46,482 bases of DNA from Minisyncoccota bacterium (GCA_041653495.1 JBAZFF010000003.1:1-46482); one strand, 5' to 3'; numbered from the stretch's first letter, positions 33,165-41,158 are shown. Made by a program: numbers and translations. Notes: generated from the letters alone by a model not told the origin.

Positions 33165-33241
33165 CGGGGTGTGGCGGAGTCTGGTACCGCACTGGCTTTG
33201 GGAGCCGGCTATCGCAGGTTCAAATCCCACCATCCCGACCA
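33165..33241 (+). tRNA. tRNA-Pro (anticodon UGG)-like, CCA encoded
   Basis: Manual cloverleaf: acceptor CGGGGTG/CATCCCG (7 bp, one G-U), D-stem GCGG/CCGC with loop AGTCTGGTA, anticodon stem CTGGC/GCCGG, and loop TT-TGG-GA. T-loop is TTCAAAT, discriminator A, then CCA. The T-stem GCAGG/CCCAC has two A-C/C-A mismatches. Confidence 0.6.
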
Positions 33242-33261
33242 TAAAAAAGAGGTTTAAAGAA

Positions 33262-33450
33262 ATGAGCAATGAAATTTGTCCGACTTGCGGAAGATCATTA
33301 AACAACAATGTTCCAAAGAGAATATGTTTTCTTTGCGGAAAGCAAATAACAAGACATCATAAATGGCAGATAGTAGACAGTAAAATTCAACATCGTTGTT
33401 GTGATAATCCAGGTAATTACCCAAAAGGAGAAATGAAATGCGACTTGTAA
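33262..33450 (+). CDS. small zinc-ribbon protein
   Basis: CPTC...CFLC pairs. The ATG at 33262 follows the tRNA; the longer ORF-track start at 33154 runs through the tRNA. Confidence 0.45.
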   Translation: MSNEICPTCGRSLNNNVPKRICFLCGKQITRHHKWQIVDSKIQHRCCDNPGNYPKGEMKCDL

Positions 33451-34328
33451 AAGCAAGTTATCAGATTATGGCGATGTCGGGCTTCCCGGAGCTTCCTTAC
33501 AGCTATGCAGATTCGGACAGGCTCATTGAAGCGGCAGGCAGAACTTGTTACAAATCCGAAGACAAGATTACGGAAACATCTGCAAAGCCTTTTGTCGAAA
33601 TGCTTGAGAAGCGAACGCACTTCGCCATGATTGAACATTCATGGGAAGTGCGGTTATATTTTGGGGCTGAATTGCCAAAATATCCTTCTCCGTTCTTGAG
33701 ATCATTTTCTTTTTACGGCGATTCTATCGTCGTTGGAAATAGAACGGCTTTTACCGAGGTTGAGCAGAGAGAAGACTTGCCCAAAGGGAATTATTGGCTT
33801 TGGTCCGAATCGGCAATTCGTGCTTTTTCGGAACATTACAGCCATCATTTGATTTTGGCCATGACAGTGAAATTCATCACGGATCGTGGTGTTTCTCACG
33901 AACTTGTCCGGCATCGTCCTTGCTCCTTCGCCCAGGAAAGTACCCGATATTGTAATTATAAGGACGGTGTTGCTTTCATCATTCCTCCATGGTTGGATTT
34001 GCCTGAAGGTGAATTCAATAATCAGGATTTGATTGAGTTCAAGGCGCAAAGGCATCTTAACGATATTGAACGGCGATGGCTTGCAAATCGTTTTCGAGAC
34101 GAAGAGAATTATGTCGATATGTTGAAATTCGGCTGGAAGTCAGAGCAAGCAAGAGGCGAGCTTCCAACCTGCTTAAAAACAGAGATATGGGTAACTGCAC
34201 CTGTCTCTCAATGGCGCTATATGTTCTATCGCAGAGACGACAAAGCGGTCCATGAGCAGATGCGAGAATTGATGAATCCTCTTCATGAGGAAGTCAAAGA
34301 GAAGTATCCTGTTTACTTTGGAGGATAG
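33438..34328 (+). CDS. thyX: FAD-dependent thymidylate synthase ThyX
   Basis: 'ELVRHRPCSFAQESTRYC' is the ThyX signature RHRxxSxxxxSxRY. 296 aa. Confidence 0.9.
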   Translation: MRLVKASYQIMAMSGFPELPYSYADSDRLIEAAGRTCYKSEDKITETSAKPFVEMLEKRTHFAMIEHSWEVRLYFGAELPKYPSPFLRSFSFYGDSIVVGNRTAFTEVEQREDLPKGNYWLWSESAIRAFSEHYSHHLILAMTVKFITDRGVSHELVRHRPCSFAQESTRYCNYKDGVAFIIPPWLDLPEGEFNNQDLIEFKAQRHLNDIERRWLANRFRDEENYVDMLKFGWKSEQARGELPTCLKTEIWVTAPVSQWRYMFYRRDDKAVHEQMRELMNPLHEEVKEKYPVYFGG

Positions 34329-34329
34329 A

Positions 34330-34836
34330 ATGAAACGGCTTCGTTTTATTTATGGGTGGTTATTTGTTCGTCCTCGCCGCTGGTTATTCTGGAAGATGCT
34401 TGCAAAGGGATCATTTGGTTTGAGATTGCTTCCGCATAAAGAGGAATATTTCGGATGGAAGTGGCCAAATCTTCACTGGTGGGTTCTCTATAAAACCATA
34501 TTCAGATTTTGCACGTGGCTCCATTATGATTCATGGAGACTATTCTGCGATTGGACAGGCGGATATCGGTGTTCATTCCCCTTGATTGCAAGGATGATTA
34601 AAAAAATAGGAACAACAACTGCGGGATTCGCAATCAGTGGTGGAGAGTGTTTTCATTGCGGAAGTGAGGCAGGAAATCCGGTTAATCTTGCTGACGATGA
34701 AACAACAGGAACAACCTTTATTCTGGAAAGAGTATGGACAATAGATACACCCGACGGAACCGATCATAGATTTTGCGGAACGACAATTTGCCCGAAGTGT
34801 GGATACAAAGATTACTACGAGGATGGTTCATTATGA
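34330..34836 (+). CDS. hypothetical protein with Trp-rich N-terminus and zinc-ribbon C-terminus
   Basis: ATG at 34330 follows GGAGGA. CFHC...CPKC pairs are present. Confidence 0.5.
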   Translation: MKRLRFIYGWLFVRPRRWLFWKMLAKGSFGLRLLPHKEEYFGWKWPNLHWWVLYKTIFRFCTWLHYDSWRLFCDWTGGYRCSFPLIARMIKKIGTTTAGFAISGGECFHCGSEAGNPVNLADDETTGTTFILERVWTIDTPDGTDHRFCGTTICPKCGYKDYYEDGSL

Positions 34837-35267
34837 AATCTATAGACGAAAAAAGAGGGGTTGCTAAAAAAACCGAGCAATATTTCAAGGAATTGCGATT
34901 TGATGAGAAACATCATCTTGGCCTTGGCGATATAAGGCTTACTGTTGCTCAACAAGAAGAGATTGTGAAATTGGCAGAAGAAAAAATTTGCCAAGGCATT
35001 TTCTTCCGGGGTTCCGTCTCCAAGTATTATAGCGGCCTCAAGATTGCTTATCATCAAGAACTGAAATTGCTCAAGAGAAAGAGTTGCTCCGGTTGTCCTG
35101 AATGCGCTTGGATTTGGGATGACCTTGCGATGTCAATGGATAATTTTATCTGGCCGAAAGTGATAAAGCACGGCGCTTTATATTCTATAAGGATTACGAA
35201 TAAACATCGTGATTGGGAATCAGGAATAGTTGACGACTATGATATTGAGATTTTGGAAGTTAAATGA
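34833..35267 (+). CDS. hypothetical protein
   Basis: ATGA coupling at 34833. 144 aa, with a CSGCPEC motif. Confidence 0.5.
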   Translation: MKSIDEKRGVAKKTEQYFKELRFDEKHHLGLGDIRLTVAQQEEIVKLAEEKICQGIFFRGSVSKYYSGLKIAYHQELKLLKRKSCSGCPECAWIWDDLAMSMDNFIWPKVIKHGALYSIRITNKHRDWESGIVDDYDIEILEVK

Positions 35268-35557
35268 GAAGCTCGGAAGAAGATAAGATGAAGAGAGAAA
35301 TAGAACGCCTGAAAAAGAAACACTCTGTCATGATTGATTTTATGAATCAATCCAACGGTTTTATCGGTTTTGTGGAGTTGTCACTTGCAGATTTTCCTCG
35401 ATTAAGGATTGATTTGGCTTTGGAAGATCGAGTGATATATCAGTGTTTTGGAGATAATAAATATCATCTTCATCCAGAATTTGAAAAGACGACAACATCA
35501 GAAATCAAAAAGGTTGTTGAGGTCAAAGAAGATTTTAAAAGAAGCATCGAGTTCTGA
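35264..35557 (+). CDS. hypothetical protein
   Basis: 97 aa, coupled start, no motif. Confidence 0.5.
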   Translation: MRSSEEDKMKREIERLKKKHSVMIDFMNQSNGFIGFVELSLADFPRLRIDLALEDRVIYQCFGDNKYHLHPEFEKTTTSEIKKVVEVKEDFKRSIEF

Positions 35558-35758
35558 TAAGAAATTTGTTTTTGTTAAGATAACAATATTATAAAGTAAT
35601 CTCGTAAAAGAGAAGGTCTTGGATAGAGAAAACATTATGGCTATTTTGATTAGCATGAACAACAGGGAAAGAATCGAACAGGAAAGACTTGCTTCAAGAC
35701 GCCGACAAATTTTAATGTGGGTGTTTATCGATCTTTGGTACTCAGAAGGAGTATTGAA

Positions 35759-35878
35759 TTGAAAACTGCGATTGTTATTGCTGCTATCAGTCTTGGTCTC
35801 TCCTTGTTTGTTTTGATAGCCCTGGTGTTTTCTATTATGAGGATTGATCTTATCATCAAGAAAGGACCAAAGAATTGA
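35759..35878 (+). CDS. possible 39-aa hydrophobic peptide
   Basis: The TTG at 35759 lies 8 nt after GAAGGAG. It encodes '(M)KTAIVIAAISLGLSLFVLIALVFSIMRIDLIIKKGPKN', one transmembrane helix. Below the ORF-track cutoff and uses a non-ATG start. Confidence 0.3.
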   Translation: MKTAIVIAAISLGLSLFVLIALVFSIMRIDLIIKKGPKN

Positions 35879-36207
35879 AGACATCCTATTTTGGTAAATC
35901 TGGTCAACATCCAAACGCTGTTTCCATTGCAGCGATCACCCCTTCTTGGTTCCGTAAAAGAATCTATAAGAAATTTGCTCCGCCATGGAATCTGGTAAAG
36001 AGATATAAGGACGGGCAAGTAACCGAAGAGCAGTACAAAAGAACCTATCAGAAAGAGATTCTCAGCAAGCTTGATCCGAAGCAGGTTGCAGAAGAACTTG
36101 GCCAAGAGGCAATATTGCTTTGCTATGAGAAGAGCGGCCAGTTCTGTCATAGACATCTGGTTGCGGACTGGTTCCAAAGGGCAGGGATAAAGGTAGAGGA
36201 GATTTAA
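35875..36207 (+). CDS. DUF488-family protein
   Basis: '...SIAAITPSWF...FAPPWNLVKRYKDGQVTEEQYKRTY...ILLCYEKSGQFCHRHLVADWF' fits the DUF488 pattern, including the conserved C-x-E...CHR. TTG start. Confidence 0.55.
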   Translation: MKTSYFGKSGQHPNAVSIAAITPSWFRKRIYKKFAPPWNLVKRYKDGQVTEEQYKRTYQKEILSKLDPKQVAEELGQEAILLCYEKSGQFCHRHLVADWFQRAGIKVEEI

Positions 36208-36208
36208 A

Positions 36209-36682
36209 ATGAAAACACTCCAAGAAAGATTCGACAAAATCTCTCCGGACAAAAGAGGCCTGATCTGGGGAATAGAATTCAATGCAAATGACAAGGATGC
36301 AGAAAACGCGGCTTTTCTGAAGCTGATTATGGATTGCAGTATAAAGCCGCCTTATCTCGAAGAACTGGTATCAGCAATAAAAGATGAATGCGTTTGGGCT
36401 ATCGAACCATGCAAAGAAGGCAAAATGATTCTCTGGGCAATCATGAAATATACACCAGAACTGAACGCCTTGCTCCAAGAAGTATATGAAAGAAATCTTC
36501 TGAAAAAAGCAAAGAATATTATGTATGAATTCAATCAAACAATCCCATCGCTGAAAGCCCTGCAAGAAGATATCAAATTGCTTATCCAGATAAAGGACGG
36601 CACTTTCTGGAACAGAGAGAATGCAATTGATTTCGAAGTTCTCAAACACGAAGTGCAACAAGGAAGAACCCCAATTTACTAA
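36209..36682 (+). CDS. hypothetical protein
   Basis: 157 aa, no motif. Confidence 0.5.
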   Translation: MKTLQERFDKISPDKRGLIWGIEFNANDKDAENAAFLKLIMDCSIKPPYLEELVSAIKDECVWAIEPCKEGKMILWAIMKYTPELNALLQEVYERNLLKKAKNIMYEFNQTIPSLKALQEDIKLLIQIKDGTFWNRENAIDFEVLKHEVQQGRTPIY

Positions 36683-36706
36683 CATATTCCTCAGAGGGCA
36701 AATAAA

Positions 36707-37024
36707 ATGTCCATCAAAATAAACATAAAGCAGTTGAAAAGACCCTGGGCTGATTGTATCACCTGTCGAGATATCTATTACAAGGCACAAAGGCAGAGAA
36801 AGACTGGCAAACAGATCAAGAAGGCCGAATTCCATATGGAGTTCATCAGAGAAAAACACAAGATAATGGTGCTCCATTTCTGTAAAGAGCACTTAAAGGA
36901 TTTCGAAGAAGAAGTCAAAAAGGCATTAATGGGATTTATCGATCTGGTGGAAGTGATGCCAGAAGACGATAATGATGAATTTCAGAAAGAGATAGAGAAA
37001 GTTTTCACAGTAAAGAATCCATAA
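36707..37024 (+). CDS. hypothetical protein
   Basis: 105 aa, no motif. Confidence 0.5.
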   Translation: MSIKINIKQLKRPWADCITCRDIYYKAQRQRKTGKQIKKAEFHMEFIREKHKIMVLHFCKEHLKDFEEEVKKALMGFIDLVEVMPEDDNDEFQKEIEKVFTVKNP

Positions 37025-37037
37025 AAGAGGCAGCAAA

Positions 37038-37580
37038 ATGGTCAAGCTAAACAGAAGAACAGAAACAAAGAAGGAGAAAAGGTCTTATCCAAAAGGGGTA
37101 AAGAGACCTACAAAACTCCCCAGTAAAGCAGGCAAGAGAGGGAATAAGAATGGAAGACCAAGAGCCTATTCAGAAGCTCTGGCCAAGAAGATATGCGATA
37201 AGATGGCAGGAGGTAAAACTCTCAGCAAAATCTGTAAGTTAGCAAAGATGCCTGCATATCAGACAGTAATAGACTGGACAAATCAATATCCAGAGTTTAA
37301 ATTATTGTATCAAGAGGCCAAAGATAAACAGATGGATGCCTGGGCCGAACAGATAGTGGATCTGTCTGATGATTCTATTATGCATCCGGCAGCAACAGGT
37401 AAGGCGAAACTCCAAGTAGACACCAGGAAGTGGTTAATGAGTAAGTTGAAGTCAAAGAGATATGGTGACAAGACAATTCTGACAGGAGAAGATGGCGGTC
37501 CAGTCAAGTTCATTGTGGAGTATGAGGATAAACCACAAGTGGACGAATCCGACCTGACGCCTGACGGAGAGAAGGAATAG
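37038..37580 (+). CDS. terS: terminase small subunit
   Basis: 'GRPRAYSEALAKKICDKMAGGKTLSKICKLAKMPAYQTVIDWTNQYPEF..YQEAKDKQMDAWAEQIVDLSDD...KLQVDTRKWLMSKLKSKRYGDK' is the common HTH-type TerS pattern. It lies directly upstream of TerL. Confidence 0.7.
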   Translation: MVKLNRRTETKKEKRSYPKGVKRPTKLPSKAGKRGNKNGRPRAYSEALAKKICDKMAGGKTLSKICKLAKMPAYQTVIDWTNQYPEFKLLYQEAKDKQMDAWAEQIVDLSDDSIMHPAATGKAKLQVDTRKWLMSKLKSKRYGDKTILTGEDGGPVKFIVEYEDKPQVDESDLTPDGEKE

Positions 37581-37585
37581 AGATA

Positions 37586-38830
37586 ATGTCGGAAGAATAT
37601 CGAATTCGTCTGCCGCGTCCGACAGAGAAACAAAAGCAGTTTATCAATAGTAAGGCAAAGCGCAAAATGGTAAAGGCCGGTCGTCGGGGAGGGAAGACGG
37701 TCGGTGTTGGTATCTTTGGAACAGAGGAGTTCCTCGCAGGAAAAAGGGTTCTCTATGCGGCACCAACGTCAGAACAGATTGGAAGATTCTGGGCCGTAGT
37801 CACCAGAGCATTGTATGAGCCAGTTAAAGCGAAGAAGCTTTACAAGAATGAATCAGAGCATTACATCGAAGTTCCTGGTACAGAAAATCGCATAAAAGCA
37901 AAGACAGCATGGAACGCGGATAGTCTTCGAGGAGATTACGCCGATGTTATTATCTTCGATGAATTCCAGCTTATGAATGAAGACGCTTGGAATCTTGTTG
38001 GCGCTCCTATGATGTTGGATACCAATGGTGATGCAATATTCATTTACACCCCTCCAAGCTTACGGACGAGATCGGTCAGCAAGGCAAATGATCTGCAACA
38101 TGCTGCAAAGATGTTCGCCAAGATGAAAGAACAGCAGAAGACAAATCCAAAAAGATATGAAACCTTCCATTTTACTTCAATGGATAATCCCCATTTAAGC
38201 AGAGGGGCATTGAAAGAGATAACAGGCGATATGTCCAGTATTGCTTATCGAATGGAGATCCTTGCGGAAGATGTGAATGAAGTCCCTGGTGCGTTATGGA
38301 AAAGGGATGTTATCCAAGCAACAAGGGTTTATACTTTGCCTGATAAGTTGGAGAAGATTGTTGTTGCTGTCGATCCTTCAGCAAGTTCAACTGGGGATGA
38401 GTGCGGTGTGATTACAACTGGTCGATTGCAGAAGCATGGATATGTTCTGCGGGACGATAGCGTGCAAGGGCCCCCTTTGAAATGGGCACAAGCAGCTATT
38501 GCAGCGTTCTATCAGGCGGGAGCGATGTATATAGTGGCAGAGAAGAACAACGGGGGAGAAATGATTTTGAATGTTATTGCCCAGGTTGACAATCAGGTAA
38601 AGGTCAAGTTGGTGCATGCTTCTAAATCAAAAAGGACAAGGGCGGAACCTGTCTCTGTTATTTACGAACAAGGACGGATTCATCATCTGGGAGAGTTCCC
38701 CCGATTGGAAGATGAAATGTGCTTATGGACTCCAGGAGATCCTTCCCCAAATAGAATGGATGCTTTGGTCTGGGGTTTTACTGAGCTTGATCTTGCCGGG
38801 TCGATTGATTGGACAAAGGTGGTTGGATAA
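37586..38830 (+). CDS. terL: terminase large subunit
   Basis: Walker A-like 'KAGRRGGKT' and Walker B 'VIIFDEFQ'. The C-terminal RNase H-like nuclease has 'VAVDPSASSTGDECG' and '...MDALVWG'. 414 aa. Confidence 0.9.
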   Translation: MSEEYRIRLPRPTEKQKQFINSKAKRKMVKAGRRGGKTVGVGIFGTEEFLAGKRVLYAAPTSEQIGRFWAVVTRALYEPVKAKKLYKNESEHYIEVPGTENRIKAKTAWNADSLRGDYADVIIFDEFQLMNEDAWNLVGAPMMLDTNGDAIFIYTPPSLRTRSVSKANDLQHAAKMFAKMKEQQKTNPKRYETFHFTSMDNPHLSRGALKEITGDMSSIAYRMEILAEDVNEVPGALWKRDVIQATRVYTLPDKLEKIVVAVDPSASSTGDECGVITTGRLQKHGYVLRDDSVQGPPLKWAQAAIAAFYQAGAMYIVAEKNNGGEMILNVIAQVDNQVKVKLVHASKSKRTRAEPVSVIYEQGRIHHLGEFPRLEDEMCLWTPGDPSPNRMDALVWGFTELDLAGSIDWTKVVG

Positions 38831-38841
38831 TAATTCCTGGA

Positions 38842-38871
38842 TTCCTTTAAAGCAGTGTATAAGTGTATAAT
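38842..38871 (+). promoter_or_regulatory. promoter-like motif copy 6 (TTCCTTTAAAGCAGTG-TATAAG-TG-TATAAT, -10 duplicated)
   Basis: Intergenic after terL, 21 nt upstream of the ATG at 38892 (RBS AAGGAGGA). Confidence 0.55.
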
Positions 38872-38891
38872 AGAAGTAAGGAGGAAGACAA

Positions 38892-39095
38892 ATGGCATTA
38901 TGTAGCTTGTGTGGCGGTGAGGGATGTAATAAATATGATGGCTTGGATTTTTCTGCGATGGTTGTGAGTTGCCGCGCGAAGAAACGGAATCTGGATTCTG
39001 CAAAGAGTGCGAAGCAGATGCAGCAGAGGTCAAAGAACAGATGTAATCAGGAAAGGAGGCATCATGTTGTTGCAAATGCACCATCAGTTTATTGA
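38892..39095 (+). CDS. small Cys-rich basic protein
   Basis: Good promoter motif and RBS. Contains 'CSLCGGEGC' (CxxCxGxG-like). Its 3' end overlaps the next gene by 32 nt. Confidence 0.4.
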   Translation: MALCSLCGGEGCNKYDGLDFSAMVVSCRAKKRNLDSAKSAKQMQQRSKNRCNQERRHHVVANAPSVY

Positions 39096-39435
39096 CGGAT
39101 CAACGAGGATGATGGAGCAAAAGGAATTTAATGTAGTCTTTCCTCCAACAGAATCTTTTCCCGGAAGCGTCAAAGACTGGATAAGGACAACCAAAGAGCA
39201 ACATGAGACTTTTCAAGATTGTCTTAGAAAATGGGTTAAGGAAGTCAAAGAGAAATATCCGTTGCCTGAGAAAACAATCTGGTTGATGAAAGAAGTAGAG
39301 CCATGCGATAGCTGCTTAGGCTCTGGTGAGATTGTCTACGGCAGTGATACAGAGGCAGGCCGAGAAGTTGTCAAGTGCGATTGTTCTCAAGGATATAAAG
39401 CTTTTGCAAAGACATTCTATCCGAAAGGAGAATGA
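39064..39435 (+). CDS. hypothetical protein with DnaJ-type CxxCxGxG zinc motif
   Basis: ATG at 39064 follows GGAAAGGAGG. Contains 'CDSCLGSGEIVYG...VKCDC'. Confidence 0.5.
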   Translation: MLLQMHHQFIDGSTRMMEQKEFNVVFPPTESFPGSVKDWIRTTKEQHETFQDCLRKWVKEVKEKYPLPEKTIWLMKEVEPCDSCLGSGEIVYGSDTEAGREVVKCDCSQGYKAFAKTFYPKGE

Positions 39436-39438
39436 GCC

Positions 39439-39783
39439 ATGGTCGAAAACAATATTGGTCCAAACAAAAAGAAGCTTATCTTCCAAAAAATGGCATTGGA
39501 TGCAATTCCTCCGAGGGATTGCAATGTAACATTCTTGGCATCTTTCAAAGCAGGAATGGAATTCCTTTCAGATAAGAACAAGATTTCTGAAAGCTTCCGA
39601 GAAGCTTTGAAATGGTTCGATGAAAGAATTGCTTTACTGAGGAGTTGCCCACAACCAAATCCATGGTCAAATTCAACCGATGAAGAAATTGCTGGTGAGA
39701 TCTTGCGGAGGGTTGAAGCCAATGTCAGGGAAAAGAAAGCAGAAGCCAAAGAACAGACAATGCAGCGGAAAGATAAAGTATAG
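39439..39783 (+). CDS. hypothetical protein
   Basis: 114 aa, no motif. Confidence 0.5.
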   Translation: MVENNIGPNKKKLIFQKMALDAIPPRDCNVTFLASFKAGMEFLSDKNKISESFREALKWFDERIALLRSCPQPNPWSNSTDEEIAGEILRRVEANVREKKAEAKEQTMQRKDKV

Positions 39784-39940
39784 TTCCAAAGCAATGGCGA
39801 AAGCGGCAGCGATAAGACATATGCTGGCATTCAAAGAAATCATGAACGCTTATTATTGTTCTCTTTGTGGCAAGTATCATATTGGTCATGCCGCACATAG
39901 AAGTAGGCGCCAGAGCTTTGCAATAGGAGATTCAAGATGA
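39722..39940 (+). CDS. small basic protein with 'YYCSLCGKYHIGH' motif
   Basis: 'KIKYSSKAMAKAAA....YYCSLCGKYHIGH' is a motif recurrent in small phage proteins. The start is uncertain and the ORF overlaps the upstream gene. Confidence 0.4.
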   Translation: MSGKRKQKPKNRQCSGKIKYSSKAMAKAAAIRHMLAFKEIMNAYYCSLCGKYHIGHAAHRSRRQSFAIGDSR

Positions 39941-40026
39941 AGATCCTTACAATTTTTCTTTTCGTTCTTATTGTTTTTGCGTTAGTCTGGACATCGAAGT
40001 TTTCTTTTGTCCCGGCGATTCCGTAA
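39937..40026 (+). CDS. possible 29-aa hydrophobic peptide
   Basis: AGGAG lies 7 nt upstream. Encodes 'MKILTIFLFVLIVFALVWTSKFSFVPAIP'. Below the ORF-track cutoff. Confidence 0.3.
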   Translation: MKILTIFLFVLIVFALVWTSKFSFVPAIP

Positions 40027-40051
40027 TCGACTTATTGAAAGGATAGAAGCA

Positions 40052-40450
40052 ATGGGCGTAGGCATGCCAGCAGCTTTATGGCTTGATGAGTTTGGATCAC
40101 AAGTGTGGAACGCATTTGGCCAGCCCTGTTATCTGGTGGGGTCGGCGTTAACACATAAAACTTATCGTGATGTTGACGTCCGACTTCTCCTTGATGACGG
40201 AGAATGGGAAAAGCAAGGATTTGGAGATCCGAGAAGAATTCATAGTAATGGTAAGTGGGTTTCTCTTTGTCTTGCTTATTCGGCGTTGGGAAAGCAGATG
40301 ACTGGCCTGAATATTGATTTTCAGATTCAGAAGGCGAGCGACGCTAATAAAGTCTATGCCGATACAAAATTATTTCCGAGATCATGCTTGGGAATGGTTT
40401 CTTTGAGAATGCCAAGGTGTTGTCATAGCAATGCAGGCGAGGAGGAATAG
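40052..40450 (+). CDS. minimal nucleotidyltransferase (Pol beta superfamily)
   Basis: 'CYLVGSALTHKTYRDVDVRLLL' matches the G-S-x9-D-x-D NTase signature. 132 aa from the ATG at 40052. Confidence 0.6.
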   Translation: MGVGMPAALWLDEFGSQVWNAFGQPCYLVGSALTHKTYRDVDVRLLLDDGEWEKQGFGDPRRIHSNGKWVSLCLAYSALGKQMTGLNIDFQIQKASDANKVYADTKLFPRSCLGMVSLRMPRCCHSNAGEEE

Positions 40451-40452
40451 AA

Positions 40453-40932
40453 ATGTTGCTCAGAGATAAAGTGAAAGCAATGCCAGGAAGTAAGTATATG
40501 CAAACAAAAGACGCTGGAGAGTTAGAGAAGATCGACTTCCAGCATATCCCTATCATAATCGAGCAACCAGTCGGTAGCATCAGAGAAGGAACAAAGCCAG
40601 ACGGAACGCATTGGCAGACGAAGTTCCTTTATCCTTATGGCTATATTGAAGGAACGCAAGGAGCCGACAGCGACGGGATAGACGTGTTCATTGGCCCGAA
40701 TGCAGAAGCGGATAAAGTCTTCACGATAAAGCAGGTGCAAGGCAATCGATTTGACGAAGACAAAGTCATGCTCGGCTTTGATACGGAAGAAGCGGCGAGA
40801 GATGCTTATCTCGCTCATTACAACACCCAGGAGCATCTTGGCATAATCATAATCGAGCCTGTCGAGGAGTTCCGAGAGAAGATGAATTATTATGTCTTTC
40901 TTGGGGAGAATCAGAAAGAAAGGCCGTCGTAA
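40453..40932 (+). CDS. inorganic-pyrophosphatase-fold-like protein, tentative
   Basis: 'IPIIIEQPVGS...FLYPYGYIEGTQGADSDGIDVFIG' parallels family I PPase 'VVIEIP.....FYPCNYGYI..T...DGDPVDVLV', including the D-x-D-x-x-D cluster. Confidence 0.4.
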   Translation: MLLRDKVKAMPGSKYMQTKDAGELEKIDFQHIPIIIEQPVGSIREGTKPDGTHWQTKFLYPYGYIEGTQGADSDGIDVFIGPNAEADKVFTIKQVQGNRFDEDKVMLGFDTEEAARDAYLAHYNTQEHLGIIIIEPVEEFREKMNYYVFLGENQKERPS

Positions 40933-41093
40933 TGGAAGAAAATATGATAGCTCTTGACTGGGTCGATTGGCTAACGATTGTTTTATCCATATTGTCCATT
41001 TTGCATGTCATCAGCCTGCATCTTTTCAAGAATTATAAAAAGATAGAGATGCAAAGGCCTCCAAGAATATTAAAATATATGTTTTTAGATTGA
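40932..41093 (+). CDS. possible 53-aa membrane protein
   Basis: The ATG overlaps the previous stop. Transmembrane segment 'WLTIVLSILSILHVISLHLF'. Below the ORF-track cutoff. Confidence 0.3.
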   Translation: MEENMIALDWVDWLTIVLSILSILHVISLHLFKNYKKIEMQRPPRILKYMFLD

Positions 41094-41158
41094 CGATTCC
41101 CCGTTATTATTGTCAATAAGAATAACTCCTGACACTAAAAAATAATGGGGATTTGTCA

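Noticed and set aside
41098-41151. Hairpin CCCCGTTATT / AATAATGGGG that could sequester the portal RBS.
   Set aside because: It has 10 bp with a G-U pair and a 29-nt AT-rich loop. Its stability is marginal and it could arise by chance in AT-rich intergenic DNA, so I do not report it as a feature.
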